This document shows, one piece after another, positions 1 through 9,547 of a DNA stretch of 64,000 bases; position 1 is the stretch's first letter; each line of letters begins with the position of its first letter. The notes under the pieces were generated by a model that was not told the DNA's origin, searched no databases, and was given only the letters and a program-made list of their open reading frames with translations. The stretch lies in assembly GCA_965198175.1 (NCBI GenBank), contig OZ240245.1, positions 3,163,030 through 3,227,029 on the forward strand. The letters are read 5' to 3'. The translations under genes and the position numbers were made by a program. The stretch is from Candidatus Poribacteria bacterium. GTDB taxonomy: Bacteria; Poribacteria; WGA-4E; PCPOR2b.

Positions 1-1638
1 GCTTGCCATAGCCTCTCTCGTAATGGTGAGCAGGGTGAGTGAGATTATCCCTGCGTTTCGCCAGTACCTCTGTGTCTACCAATAGTTCTAAGCGTTTATT
101 GGGGACATCCAGTTCAATCAGGTCGCTGTCCTGTACCAGCGCTAGTGTGCCTCCAACAGCCGCTTCTGGTGATACGTGCAGCACGACGGCGCCAAATGCC
201 GTTCCACTCATGCGAGCGTCCGAGATACGAACGATATCTTTGACACCAGCCTGTAGGAGTTTTTTCGGAATGGGCAGATAACCCGCTTCCGGCATTCCCG
301 GTCCACCGATGGGTCCCGCGTTCTGAAGCACCATCACGTGTTCCTTTGTGACCTGTAGGTCCGGGGCATCAATACGGTCGTGTAGGTCTTCAAGCGACTT
401 AAAAACAATCGCGGGACCTCGATGGGAAAGTAGATTGGGAGAAGCGGCAGAACGTTTGATAACGGCGCCGTTTGGCGCGAGGTTGCCAAAGAGGCAGACG
501 AGCGAACCCGCCCCGAACAGCGGTTTGTCTCTGGTTGTAATCACATCCTGCCAAGTTGGGGGTTGAGGAACCCCGGACAGGTTTTCGCCGACAGTTGTTC
601 CTAGGACAGTGAGTGCGTCTGGATGCAGAAAATCTTCCAGTGCTTTCATGACAACCGGAACCCCACCCGCCTTCCAGAAATCTTCCATATAATGCTGACC
701 GCTCGGTCTAACGTTCACCAACACCGGCGTCTCATCGCTAACCCGATTAAAATCTTCGAGACTCAGTTGAATCTTTAAGCGCCTTGCAATAGCCGTCAGG
801 TGGATGACCGCATTCGTCGAACCGCCAATCGCCATGAGGACTCTCAGTGCGTTCTCGAATGATTTCTGCGTCATTATCTTTGACGGACGCAGTTGTTTTC
901 GTATCATTGAGACAATGGTTTTGCCCGTAGCCTCTGCCTGTCGACGACGCTCCGCCATCACAGCAGGAATCGCGGCTCCGCCGGGCAGCATGATACCGAG
1001 CGCCTCTGCCATCGCTGCCATCGTACTAGCCGTTCCCATCACCATGCACGTGCCGGTACTGGCACATAGGCGACCCTCAATTTCATCGATTTCCTGCTTC
1101 CCGATTTCACCCGCGCGGTATTCTCTCCAGAATCGGCGACAATCGGTGCATGCTCCGAGCGGTTCGCCATGATAATCTCCCGTTATCATTGGCCCTGCGA
1201 CCAAACAGATTGCAGGCACATCCACACTTGCCGCACCCATCAACTGGGCGGGGACAGTCTTATCACAGCCGCCTAATAGGACGACGCCGTCCATCGGTTG
1301 GGCGCGAATCATCTCTTCTGTGTCCATCGCCATTAGGTTGCGGAACATCATGGTCGTGGGCGCCATAAACATCTCTCCGAGCGAAATTGTCGGAAATTCG
1401 ATTGGCAATCCGCCCTGAGACAATACACCCCTTTTGACCGCCTCGATTAGGTCACCGAAATTGTGATGACAACTGTTAAAGCCGCTGAAGGTGTTGATGA
1501 TTCCGACGATTGGTCGCTCAAGCTCCTCATCAGTGTACCCCATCGCCTTAAAAAACGCTTTGCGAATGTATACGCTAAACTCGGGGTCGCCGTAGTTCGT
1601 CAAGCCTTTTCTCATTCCTGTTGAACGATCTGATTCCA
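1..1638 (-). CDS. ilvD: IlvD/EDD-family dehydratase (dihydroxy-acid or sugar-acid dehydratase); start ATG at 1638, C-terminus runs past the window edge
   Basis: Reverse-strand translation from 1638 gives [21 protein letters not shown]...[28 protein letters not shown] with Fe-S cysteine motifs typical of the IlvD/EDD family. Absent from the ORF track because there is no stop in the window; the plus-strand ORFs 39-1368 are antisense artefacts. Confidence 0.75.
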
Positions 1639-1763
1639 TAGTGTCTTAGCCTTCCTTTAATCACCTATTCTGATCGCCATCGCTGAATCCGCAACCACAT
1701 GTCAGGGCAACATTAGCAGAGTGAAGACGACTCAATCAAGATCCAATTTCACAGTGTTCAACG

Positions 1764-3704
1764 TCAGTTCAACACGGGATGCCATCCCATATTATACGTT
1801 GTGATCTTTGTTACAGCGCTGATGATACTCCAGATGCCACCCATCGTATAATCTCCAAGTATCAAGCCGGCAAAGAATGGGATGGCTTTCCGATATGCCC
1901 TCAAACCGCCATACCTGAGGATTATGAACTTGAGCCACCAACTTATGAGGACTGGAACCCAGATGTAGACCATCTCTGCCGGGCTTACGCCGAGCACATA
2001 CCCCACCGGGTGGAAGGGCCACCAAAGGAACCGCATCTTCATCGCTAAGAAAAAGCCAGTGAGAACACAACCTAGCCCCATAAAACCCATCGTCGCGTAA
2101 TCTTGTCCCGTTGGAAAAGTCAACCAAGTTTGGAGGCGCTGCCCTAGACCTTCCCTTCCAACCCCCATGATGAAGGATGTTGCCGGGTTCGCTGCGCCGT
2201 GGTGATACAATATGTCGAAGTATATCAGGAAAGTCGCCGGAATCCCGACGGCAAAAGTGATAATCACCGCCCAGAACAATCTCCGAGAGTTCATGTTGAC
2301 CTGCTCACCAATCCGAAAAGCTTCGAGTTGACTTGGCATTGGATGCGCGGCCTGATCTCGATTGAGCCAATACAGAAATGAGAGAATGGTCAAGTTCCGG
2401 GGACCAAATGCCCGTGTACCCAACGATGTAACCATCGTCCGTCCAGGATCTACCCATAACAACTCATGCACAGTAACGCCGAGGCTCGCTCTAATTTTAC
2501 TTATGCCAATTGCCGTGCAGAAGTACAACAACAAGAACAGCAGCATCACCCAAATCGAGAAACTCGCTTTATACGCGAACCAGACGAAAAACAGCAGTCC
2601 CCCTGCGATGCCCAAGAGCGCGGTCCGATAAGGCATCGGTTCTTTTGAGTCATCAATGCCCCCTTTTCCGGTAAATGCTTGTGTGAACACCCGTTTGAGG
2701 TGTCTACGTCCAACCCACAACGCCAAGATTCCCAGAGCGTTCCATGCACCTTGGGCTTGTTCATCGAGATACAAATTCCGCCAGCCCATCGTGGCGCCTA
2801 AGAGTAGTTGTGTCAACTTTTTGAGGAAGTAAAAAAACCACGCGGAAAAGGCGAGATCTAGCGGCATAAAAAAGGAGAGCCCGATAACAAAAGGTTGGAA
2901 CGAAATGCGCGTATAGACCATGTAACTCCACGGCTTCTCATTGAAACTGAACCGCGTCCACCCAACCGGGACAGACGGCAGAGAGGGATACAGATTGCTC
3001 AACCCGTTCAACAAACTAATACCCGCCGCGATTCCAAAACCTATCCACATCAGCCTGTTTTTTAAGAAGGCGACAGGATCTCGGCCCATCTCCAGCGGCA
3101 TCCAAGTAATCGGATAGGTGAGCCGCTCGTGCTCGGTAAATTGCCTTCGAATAATTGTGTTAATGCAAATGAGGACAAAGAAAAGGACAAAGGTAAAAGC
3201 CGACCAATACGCGATGGGTTTAAACCAGACGCTGAGAAAATGTGGGGTGAACAATGTCGTCTCCCCGTGAAAAAAGCCGATTAGCGCCTTCTCGTCTGTT
3301 GTCGTAAACCACTCGGGAATATATCGCCAGAAGAGATTGCGCCAATCATTTTCTGCAGTGGCAAACCAGTATGGGTGGACGAGGGTTCCGACCAATTTGC
3401 TCATGGTCTGGTGTCCAGCTACGGTCGTTATCATGACAACCATGATGTAGACGACCAGGAGGTCGGAGTCCGACAGCGCGAATTTTCGAACCAATTTCCG
3501 CAGCAGAAGATTGAAGAGCGTCAGCACAAAAAACGTGAAAACGGCATTGCTGAACAGCGACATGTAATTGTGTTTTGGCCCTGTAATCAGGTCGTTTCTT
3601 CCGACCCAATAGGCGTTAGCAACGACAAAGATTAGTCCGATTACCACGGCCCGCAAGGCAATACTTCTTGACGTGTCGCTACTGATAGGCGTGGATTGAT
3701 TCAC
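1764..3704 (-). CDS. Large polytopic membrane protein (646 aa, Trp-rich, more than 12 predicted TM segments), function unknown
   Basis: Long ORF with hydrophobic segments throughout. Downstream of and probably co-transcribed with, or just after, the sulfotransferase gene. Confidence 0.55.
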   Translation of the reverse strand: MNQSTPISSDTSRSIALRAVVIGLIFVVANAYWVGRNDLITGPKHNYMSLFSNAVFTFFVLTLFNLLLRKLVRKFALSDSDLLVVYIMVVMITTVAGHQTMSKLVGTLVHPYWFATAENDWRNLFWRYIPEWFTTTDEKALIGFFHGETTLFTPHFLSVWFKPIAYWSAFTFVLFFVLICINTIIRRQFTEHERLTYPITWMPLEMGRDPVAFLKNRLMWIGFGIAAGISLLNGLSNLYPSLPSVPVGWTRFSFNEKPWSYMVYTRISFQPFVIGLSFFMPLDLAFSAWFFYFLKKLTQLLLGATMGWRNLYLDEQAQGAWNALGILALWVGRRHLKRVFTQAFTGKGGIDDSKEPMPYRTALLGIAGGLLFFVWFAYKASFSIWVMLLFLLLYFCTAIGISKIRASLGVTVHELLWVDPGRTMVTSLGTRAFGPRNLTILSFLYWLNRDQAAHPMPSQLEAFRIGEQVNMNSRRLFWAVIITFAVGIPATFLIYFDILYHHGAANPATSFIMGVGREGLGQRLQTWLTFPTGQDYATMGFMGLGCVLTGFFLAMKMRFLWWPFHPVGYVLGVSPAEMVYIWVPVLISWWLKFIILRYGGLRAYRKAIPFFAGLILGDYTMGGIWSIISAVTKITTYNMGWHPVLN

Positions 3705-3833
3705 AAATCACCTGCCTTTGAAAGTGTACTGGAGTGTGTGGAGGAGTGATGCTATGAGGGGAAAGAAAAGCAGGTTCTTCACGGTGGTATCCATGATAGC
3801 CCAACCTCATATCTGCGCCGCTGAAGTATAGAT

Positions 3834-3862
3834 ATTATATTCCTCTAGACTGACTCAGTCAA
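3834..3862 (-). promoter_or_regulatory. Near-consensus sigma70-type promoter (TTGACT-17-TATAAT on the minus strand) with a 13-bp palindrome GACTGAcTCAGTC overlapping the -35
   Basis: Minus-strand reading of 3862..3834 is TTGACTgagtcagtctagaggaaTATAAT. It sits about 120 nt upstream of the membrane-protein start at 3704. Confidence 0.4.
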
Positions 3863-3957
3863 GCGCAAAACAGTCTCGTCGGATGTAGAATGTCCAATGC
3901 TCCAAAAGGGATGATAGCTGTCTGAAAAAAACATTCCATAAGCGGAGAAAGCCTCTT

Positions 3958-4674
3958 TTAATCGTAATGGTGTGCTGCCATGGCTTCCCGAAAGAAGTCA
4001 AAGTCATGTTCTCCGGTATCCGTTTTCCAGCGACCGACCGATTCTCGCCTGACAACAATTCTCGCTAAAGGAATACCCAAAAAATCCTCAAGACACTGGA
4101 GCGTCTCTTCGTGCTTGAGGATAAAATCCTCGAATCGGATGAGGATATAGTTTTTGGGTTTCGGCGTTGATTTTACCAGTTCATATTGATACTGCCAGGA
4201 GATGGCTCGCCGCCTGCGGACGCTATTCGTCGCCGGGTAGTCCACTCCAAAATGGTGTAAGTCATCGGTGATGTGATCGCCAAGAATACAATCTCTAGGA
4301 TCTCGAATCCAGTGAATATACTTGATGTCTGGAAACATGCGTACAATCCACGGATAGACCAAGGTAGTCTCGGGTATTTTCCAACCTCTCTGCGCGGATT
4401 TACTGCTTAGAACATCCGCCAAATAGCTTTCAATTAGAGGCTTGAACTCCGCGTCAATCTCCATGGTGTGCAGCGGCGCCAAGTCCCATGACAACCCGCC
4501 GTCCCATTTAACGTGACCTCCCAACACTCGGCACGCATCGTACATGGCTTCTGGCGGAACTTTGTCGCCAGAGTGGTTCAGCGTGCTCCCCATATAAACT
4601 CCGCTAGCATACAATGTCTGTGAAATAGCGCGTGTGCCGGAGTGACCGCGTCCAATGACCGTGATTAAAGGCAT
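3958..4674 (-). CDS. Sulfotransferase-family protein
   Basis: N-terminal 5'-PSB P-loop-like motif VIGRGHSGTR and a 3'-PB-like RDPRD motif. 238 aa. Confidence 0.75.
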   Translation of the reverse strand: MPLITVIGRGHSGTRAISQTLYASGVYMGSTLNHSGDKVPPEAMYDACRVLGGHVKWDGGLSWDLAPLHTMEIDAEFKPLIESYLADVLSSKSAQRGWKIPETTLVYPWIVRMFPDIKYIHWIRDPRDCILGDHITDDLHHFGVDYPATNSVRRRRAISWQYQYELVKSTPKPKNYILIRFEDFILKHEETLQCLEDFLGIPLARIVVRRESVGRWKTDTGEHDFDFFREAMAAHHYD

Positions 4675-4987
4675 AATCCCCTCTTTTGCCTCTACGATTC
4701 AACGTTTTTGTGTTATATTATGCCCGATTATGCACTCGATTTCATCTATTTTCTTCCAAGCCTAGCAGAAGACGAGTCGGCAACTATGTTGTATTGTATG
4801 TCAGGGTTAGTGTGGTAAATATGTTACAATTATGTTATACTGAAAAAAGGACAGCGAGCTATATTACACCACACAGTATAGAAACGGCAGCGTGCGGAGG
4901 GGCTAACTTGAATTCAATTCATCGGAGTTAGTCAAATTTGCACCATCGCTCGGATAAGAGTTCTTAGAGAAATGGAGGTACACTACC

Positions 4988-5776
4988 ATGGCGCATACGT
5001 ATGATTGTGCCCCAACACTGACGGATTCACAAATACTCGAGTTCTGCAAGAAAGGATTTCTAATACTGGATGGGGTCGTTCCAGATGAAATCAATCGGCG
5101 CGTGTGTGAATACTGCGATGAACATGACGGCGATGTACCGGCAGGGGAGGATTGGTATATTGAAAACGTGACGCTGAATCCCCAAGCCGCTGGTGCGATA
5201 CGGTCTGTTTTGGGCAAAAACTTCACCTATTCTACCCAAATGGGAAATACTCGAATTCAGTGTCCTGCTGGTATGGAAGGCGGTTGGCACACTGATGGAG
5301 GCTCGTCGTACATTCCTGGACTGGATAGTCTCCAGGTGTTTTACTACCCTCAAGACACCCCCCTCGAGCTTGGTCCAACAGAGTTATTGCCCGAATCTCA
5401 TTTTCTTTTCAATTTGCAGTGCTGGATGAGGCATTACGGGAGGATCCGCGGCGCTGTCTCCACCGCCGGCAGCGCCGGTACGATTTTTCTCACCATCTAT
5501 CGTATTTGGCACCGCCGCACAGCGTCCACAGCCAGCGCTATTCGCAATCAGATGAAGTATTGGTATACGCGCACCGTTCCGCCCGATCGTGACTGGATTC
5601 GGGAACCGGACTTCGAGCCTCGGCGCGCCAAAGGTTCGCCAGCCCTTTACTACTTTCACCGGGAACACCATCGAGCAATCAACGATGCCGCCGAGCTGTT
5701 TTACTGGTTATGCGGACTTGAGGACGAATATCACTCGGTGAGCAAGAATAATTTGCCAGTCTTCTGGTCTCGGTGA
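4988..5776 (+). CDS. Phytanoyl-CoA dioxygenase (PhyH)-like Fe(II)/2-oxoglutarate oxygenase
   Basis: HTDGG (HxD) iron-binding motif with PhyH-like context. GGAGG ribosome-binding site 7 nt upstream of the ATG. Confidence 0.65.
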   Translation: MAHTYDCAPTLTDSQILEFCKKGFLILDGVVPDEINRRVCEYCDEHDGDVPAGEDWYIENVTLNPQAAGAIRSVLGKNFTYSTQMGNTRIQCPAGMEGGWHTDGGSSYIPGLDSLQVFYYPQDTPLELGPTELLPESHFLFNLQCWMRHYGRIRGAVSTAGSAGTIFLTIYRIWHRRTASTASAIRNQMKYWYTRTVPPDRDWIREPDFEPRRAKGSPALYYFHREHHRAINDAAELFYWLCGLEDEYHSVSKNNLPVFWSR

Positions 5777-5826
5777 AGCTAGCCAGCAATTAAATGTAGG
5801 TTTTTACTCAAATGGTGGAGGGGATT

Positions 5827-6585
5827 ATGAAATGTGTAATTATTGGATTGGCAGTGCTCTCGTTAGCCACTACGGCATGGGCGGGTGTGTTAAGGGACAA
5901 TTTTAACGATGGAGATGCAGATGGGTGGCGAAAGTTCGGAGGAAAAATTTTCAATTCTCAATTCGACGAAACCACTCGATGGTCTGCGGAAACGGGGAAG
6001 TTGGTTGCTAGGTCCAGAGATGCCAAGGGGTTCGCAAGCGTGTTCGGAATAGGAAATCGAACATGGAGAAATTATGAGTTTACATGCCAGTTCGAGATTA
6101 GAGATACTTTTCCTAGCGCACCGTCATCGCCAGAGGTTGGCTTTGGCTTACACTACAACAAGCCTAATGAAAAAGTGCTCAACGGTTTAGGTTTTATCGT
6201 TATCGCAAAAGATCATTTTAACTGGACGTTGGGAATTTGCCAACGATTTTGGGAGGGATTTTACCTGCGGATTCACGCAAATAACAACTATAAACTCAGA
6301 GAAAGACACCTGTATAGAGTGCGAGCTGTCGCCGAAGGTGATTTATATCGGATGTTTCTCGACGACCAGTTGGTATGTGAGTATGAAAACCCCGACGAGT
6401 TTGGGACTTCCCTTGATGCAGGGGCGGTAGTGCTAGTAGCCAAAAATTGTGAGGTTCACTTTGATGAAGTAGTGATTACAGGAGATGAGATTCCAAATGC
6501 AGACTTGAATTTTGGAGAATGGCAACTTGCTGTATCACCTCAAGCCAAGCTCACCTACACTTGGGGGCGGATAAAGAAGTTTTAA
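5827..6585 (+). CDS. Secreted DUF1080-like (laminin-G/jelly-roll, 3-keto-disaccharide hydrolase-like) protein
   Basis: Signal peptide MKCVIIGLAVLSLATTAWA, then the DNFNDGDADGW motif typical of DUF1080. Start 5827 is preferred over the ORF-track start 5812 because GGAGG sits 5 nt upstream. Confidence 0.55.
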   Translation: MKCVIIGLAVLSLATTAWAGVLRDNFNDGDADGWRKFGGKIFNSQFDETTRWSAETGKLVARSRDAKGFASVFGIGNRTWRNYEFTCQFEIRDTFPSAPSSPEVGFGLHYNKPNEKVLNGLGFIVIAKDHFNWTLGICQRFWEGFYLRIHANNNYKLRERHLYRVRAVAEGDLYRMFLDDQLVCEYENPDEFGTSLDAGAVVLVAKNCEVHFDEVVITGDEIPNADLNFGEWQLAVSPQAKLTYTWGRIKKF

Positions 6586-6756
6586 CTCTCTGACGATTTT
6601 GGATTTCTCCTACGTGTCAGTATTTTCTCACTTTCGAGATGAATCTGATACATTTTCGCATCGCCCTATCTTAGCAGTAAACGAAATAGCCTACTATCCC
6701 ACAGCACAAAAGGTTGAACACATGTACTGATTTCCTTAGACATCAAATCCGACAAT

Positions 6757-8256
6757 TTGCCGGGCGCGTCTAAAGCCACCCAATCAACCATGCAATCTTT
6801 TTCAAGTCCTGCGTTACTCAAAAATTTTCCCAATATACATCTGCTTTCTGAGCTCAATGCATTTGCTGAAAACCGAGGCATTCAGCTCTACCTTGTAGGC
6901 GGTTCGGTGCGAGATCTGCTTCTCAACCGTGAAATCACCGATCTTGATTTCGCCGTCGATCGCGATGCGATTCCGTTCGCCAAAGCGTTTGCCGATCGTA
7001 CCGGTGAAGCGTTTGTGAAATTGGAAGATCGACTGCCAACCGCGCGGGTTGTTATTCGAGAGACACGATTCACACTGGACTTTACGCAGTTTCGCGCTGA
7101 GACATTGGAAGCTGATTTGCGGTTGCGCGATTTCACGATTAACGCCATCGCTATTGATCTCTCCTCGCTCTTGACACAACCAACGGTGAAACTGATAGAT
7201 CCATGCCACGGTATCGGGGATGTGAAAGCGAAACGCTTACGCTTTCCTGACCCCCAGGTTGTGAGGGACGATCCGCTCCGGATGCTGCGTGCATATCGTC
7301 TCGCAGCCGAATTAGGGTTTGAGATGCCAGAGCCAACAATCAATCTCATCCGTCAACATAAAGAAGAACTGTCGACAGTTTCGCTTGAGCGTATCCGAGA
7401 TGAGTTCATCAAAATCTTAAATGTAAAAAATTCGGTCGTCTATCTACGCCAAATGGACGAGATACGTCTCCTTTCACAGGTGATTCCTGAAATTGAAGAC
7501 ATGCGGCGTGTGCAACAGGGCGATTATCACGGTCTCAACATCTGGGAACATTCCTTGCTCGCTATTGAGATGTTTGAGGCGAAACCGGTCCCTGATGTTT
7601 TGCAACTATACGACAGTGAAGTTCAAACATACTTGAACGGAACCATCGTCTACAGCAAGAAGCGATGCCATATCATTAAGCTGGGTTTGATGCTCCATGA
7701 TGTCGGCAAACCGGCAATGAAAACAATCAACACGGAAAATAAGGTGCGATTTCTCGATCACGAGAAGGTAGGCGCGGAGATTGCGGTCGAAATTATGAAG
7801 CGTTTACGATTAGGTAGAAAAGTGGTAAATCTGATGAATTGTCTCGTCCGGAACCATCTGCATATACAGTACCTTGTCAAATCCTTGCCGCCAACGCGCC
7901 AAGTCATGCTTCGCTTTCTAAAGAACGCAGATGAGGACTGGTTAGGAGTTATCTTGCTATCCTATGCGGATCAGCGCGCGTCACAGGGTAGACTTTGCTC
8001 CCCGGATGGAGTGTCCAAAACAGAAACAGTAATGTGCAAAATTGCAGATCTCTATTACAACGAAATCTTACCAATAGTGACACGTGGCAGACTAATCACG
8101 GGACATGACGTCATTCAAACGCTTGGGTTGAAACCGGGCATCAGAGTTGGGCGCATCTTGAAGCATATCGAAGCACTTCAGTTTGAAGGAAAAATCCATA
8201 CTCCTGAAGAAGCCCTAGTAGCTGCACAGACATTTTTAGAAGGGTGTGAAGCGTAG
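6757..8256 (+). CDS. cca: CCA tRNA nucleotidyltransferase / poly(A) polymerase-family enzyme with HD domain
   Basis: LYLVGGSVRDLLLNREITDLDFAV head-domain motif and HD motif LHDVGKP. The true start may be the internal ATG at 6790. Confidence 0.8.
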   Translation: MPGASKATQSTMQSFSSPALLKNFPNIHLLSELNAFAENRGIQLYLVGGSVRDLLLNREITDLDFAVDRDAIPFAKAFADRTGEAFVKLEDRLPTARVVIRETRFTLDFTQFRAETLEADLRLRDFTINAIAIDLSSLLTQPTVKLIDPCHGIGDVKAKRLRFPDPQVVRDDPLRMLRAYRLAAELGFEMPEPTINLIRQHKEELSTVSLERIRDEFIKILNVKNSVVYLRQMDEIRLLSQVIPEIEDMRRVQQGDYHGLNIWEHSLLAIEMFEAKPVPDVLQLYDSEVQTYLNGTIVYSKKRCHIIKLGLMLHDVGKPAMKTINTENKVRFLDHEKVGAEIAVEIMKRLRLGRKVVNLMNCLVRNHLHIQYLVKSLPPTRQVMLRFLKNADEDWLGVILLSYADQRASQGRLCSPDGVSKTETVMCKIADLYYNEILPIVTRGRLITGHDVIQTLGLKPGIRVGRILKHIEALQFEGKIHTPEEALVAAQTFLEGCEA

Positions 8257-8446
8257 CAAGGAAGCGAGGAAAAATTATCAACGGCGCTGAATCTCTCTGA
8301 AGATCGGGTTGAAGAAGTATGGAAACCGCACCTTCAGCTTGCAAAATGCTTGACCGCAAGTTTTTAGTATTCAGTCCCCTTGCCATCCGGATTGCTAGAG
8401 AGAGTTGTTACGCACCCATTGATGTTGGTTTCTTGGGGGGCGATGA

Positions 8447-9481
8447 TTGAATATGAATCGGGAACTCTGTTTAGAAGTAGCGGCGGAAGAGGCGATCCGA
8501 CTTGCACAAGAGCGCGGGGACGTAATCAGTGTCTTCGTATGCGGTTCAATCGTAAAAGAATCACCACCTGACTACGCTGATGTCGATCTCCGCGTTGTAA
8601 TTAAGGGGGATGGGTTAGAAGCCGGTTTTTTTGCGATGAAACAGGGTGTCCCGCTCGAATGGACATTCGTCCCCAAGCGACGCTTTGACGACCGTAACAC
8701 GCTATTAAACGCTTCATTTCTTGCGTTGGAACTCGCCAAGGGAACCATTATCTACGACCCGACTGGCTGGCTGGGTCAAGTGAGAGAGGACATCCATTCA
8801 GTCTGCGAACGCCCTTCATATCAGATCCAGAGAAGTCAACGTCTGCTGGATGCCGCCAAGTTGCTCTACGACGGAATTCAGGAAAACTTTGAATCCGGAG
8901 AACAGGCTCCCCTGTGGGATGTGCGCTGCACAATCTTCTGGACCGGCGAAACACCAGCACTGATGTTGAACGAAATTCCGAATCACCGCAGATTAATGGT
9001 GGAATTGAAAGATGTGGGCGTGCGCCTAAATGCTCCTGAGCTGTACCCGACGGGGATAGAAACGCTAGGTGCGGAAGGAGTCAGCACATCGGATGTCGAA
9101 ACTTTCCTAATTGATGCCCTTGATAGCATTACATATGTCAATACCGTGAGCGACACACCCCACTTCCATATCTCTTTGGACAAACGTCCATACTGGGAAC
9201 ATGGGATACGACAGATGCTAGCTGAAGGTTACCACCGCGAGGCGCTTTGGCCCATCCTGACCTTGATGAGCGCAATGCATCCGATTCTCGCTTCCGCCGA
9301 TACGCCGGAATCCTCAAGACATTACCTGCGCTGTAGACGCTTTTTGGACCGGATAGGCTTTCTATCTAGAGATGATTTTCATCAGAAGTTAATCAGACTT
9401 GGCGAGTGGATAGCGCAGGTACAACCCCTGATCGCTCGGCAAAGATTATCGCATCAAGACAGTTCGATCGTAGATGGGTGA
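8447..9481 (+). CDS. Nucleotidyltransferase-domain protein (Pol-beta superfamily) with a C-terminal domain of unknown function
   Basis: VFVCGSIVKE...DVDL pattern resembling GS-x(n)-DxD minimal nucleotidyltransferases. Confidence 0.45.
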   Translation: MNMNRELCLEVAAEEAIRLAQERGDVISVFVCGSIVKESPPDYADVDLRVVIKGDGLEAGFFAMKQGVPLEWTFVPKRRFDDRNTLLNASFLALELAKGTIIYDPTGWLGQVREDIHSVCERPSYQIQRSQRLLDAAKLLYDGIQENFESGEQAPLWDVRCTIFWTGETPALMLNEIPNHRRLMVELKDVGVRLNAPELYPTGIETLGAEGVSTSDVETFLIDALDSITYVNTVSDTPHFHISLDKRPYWEHGIRQMLAEGYHREALWPILTLMSAMHPILASADTPESSRHYLRCRRFLDRIGFLSRDDFHQKLIRLGEWIAQVQPLIARQRLSHQDSSIVDG

Positions 9482-9547
9482 AACGGATAAAGGAGGCAAA
9501 CGGTGATTGATGAGAGTTGGTATAAGCGTCCTCAGGTCACGGTTCGT

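Noticed and set aside
39-1368. Plus-strand ORFs 39-281, 348-566, 804-1172 and 1150-1368
   Set aside because: Antisense to the clearly conserved minus-strand IlvD/EDD dehydratase gene. Low-complexity Ser/Arg-rich translations typical of shadow ORFs.
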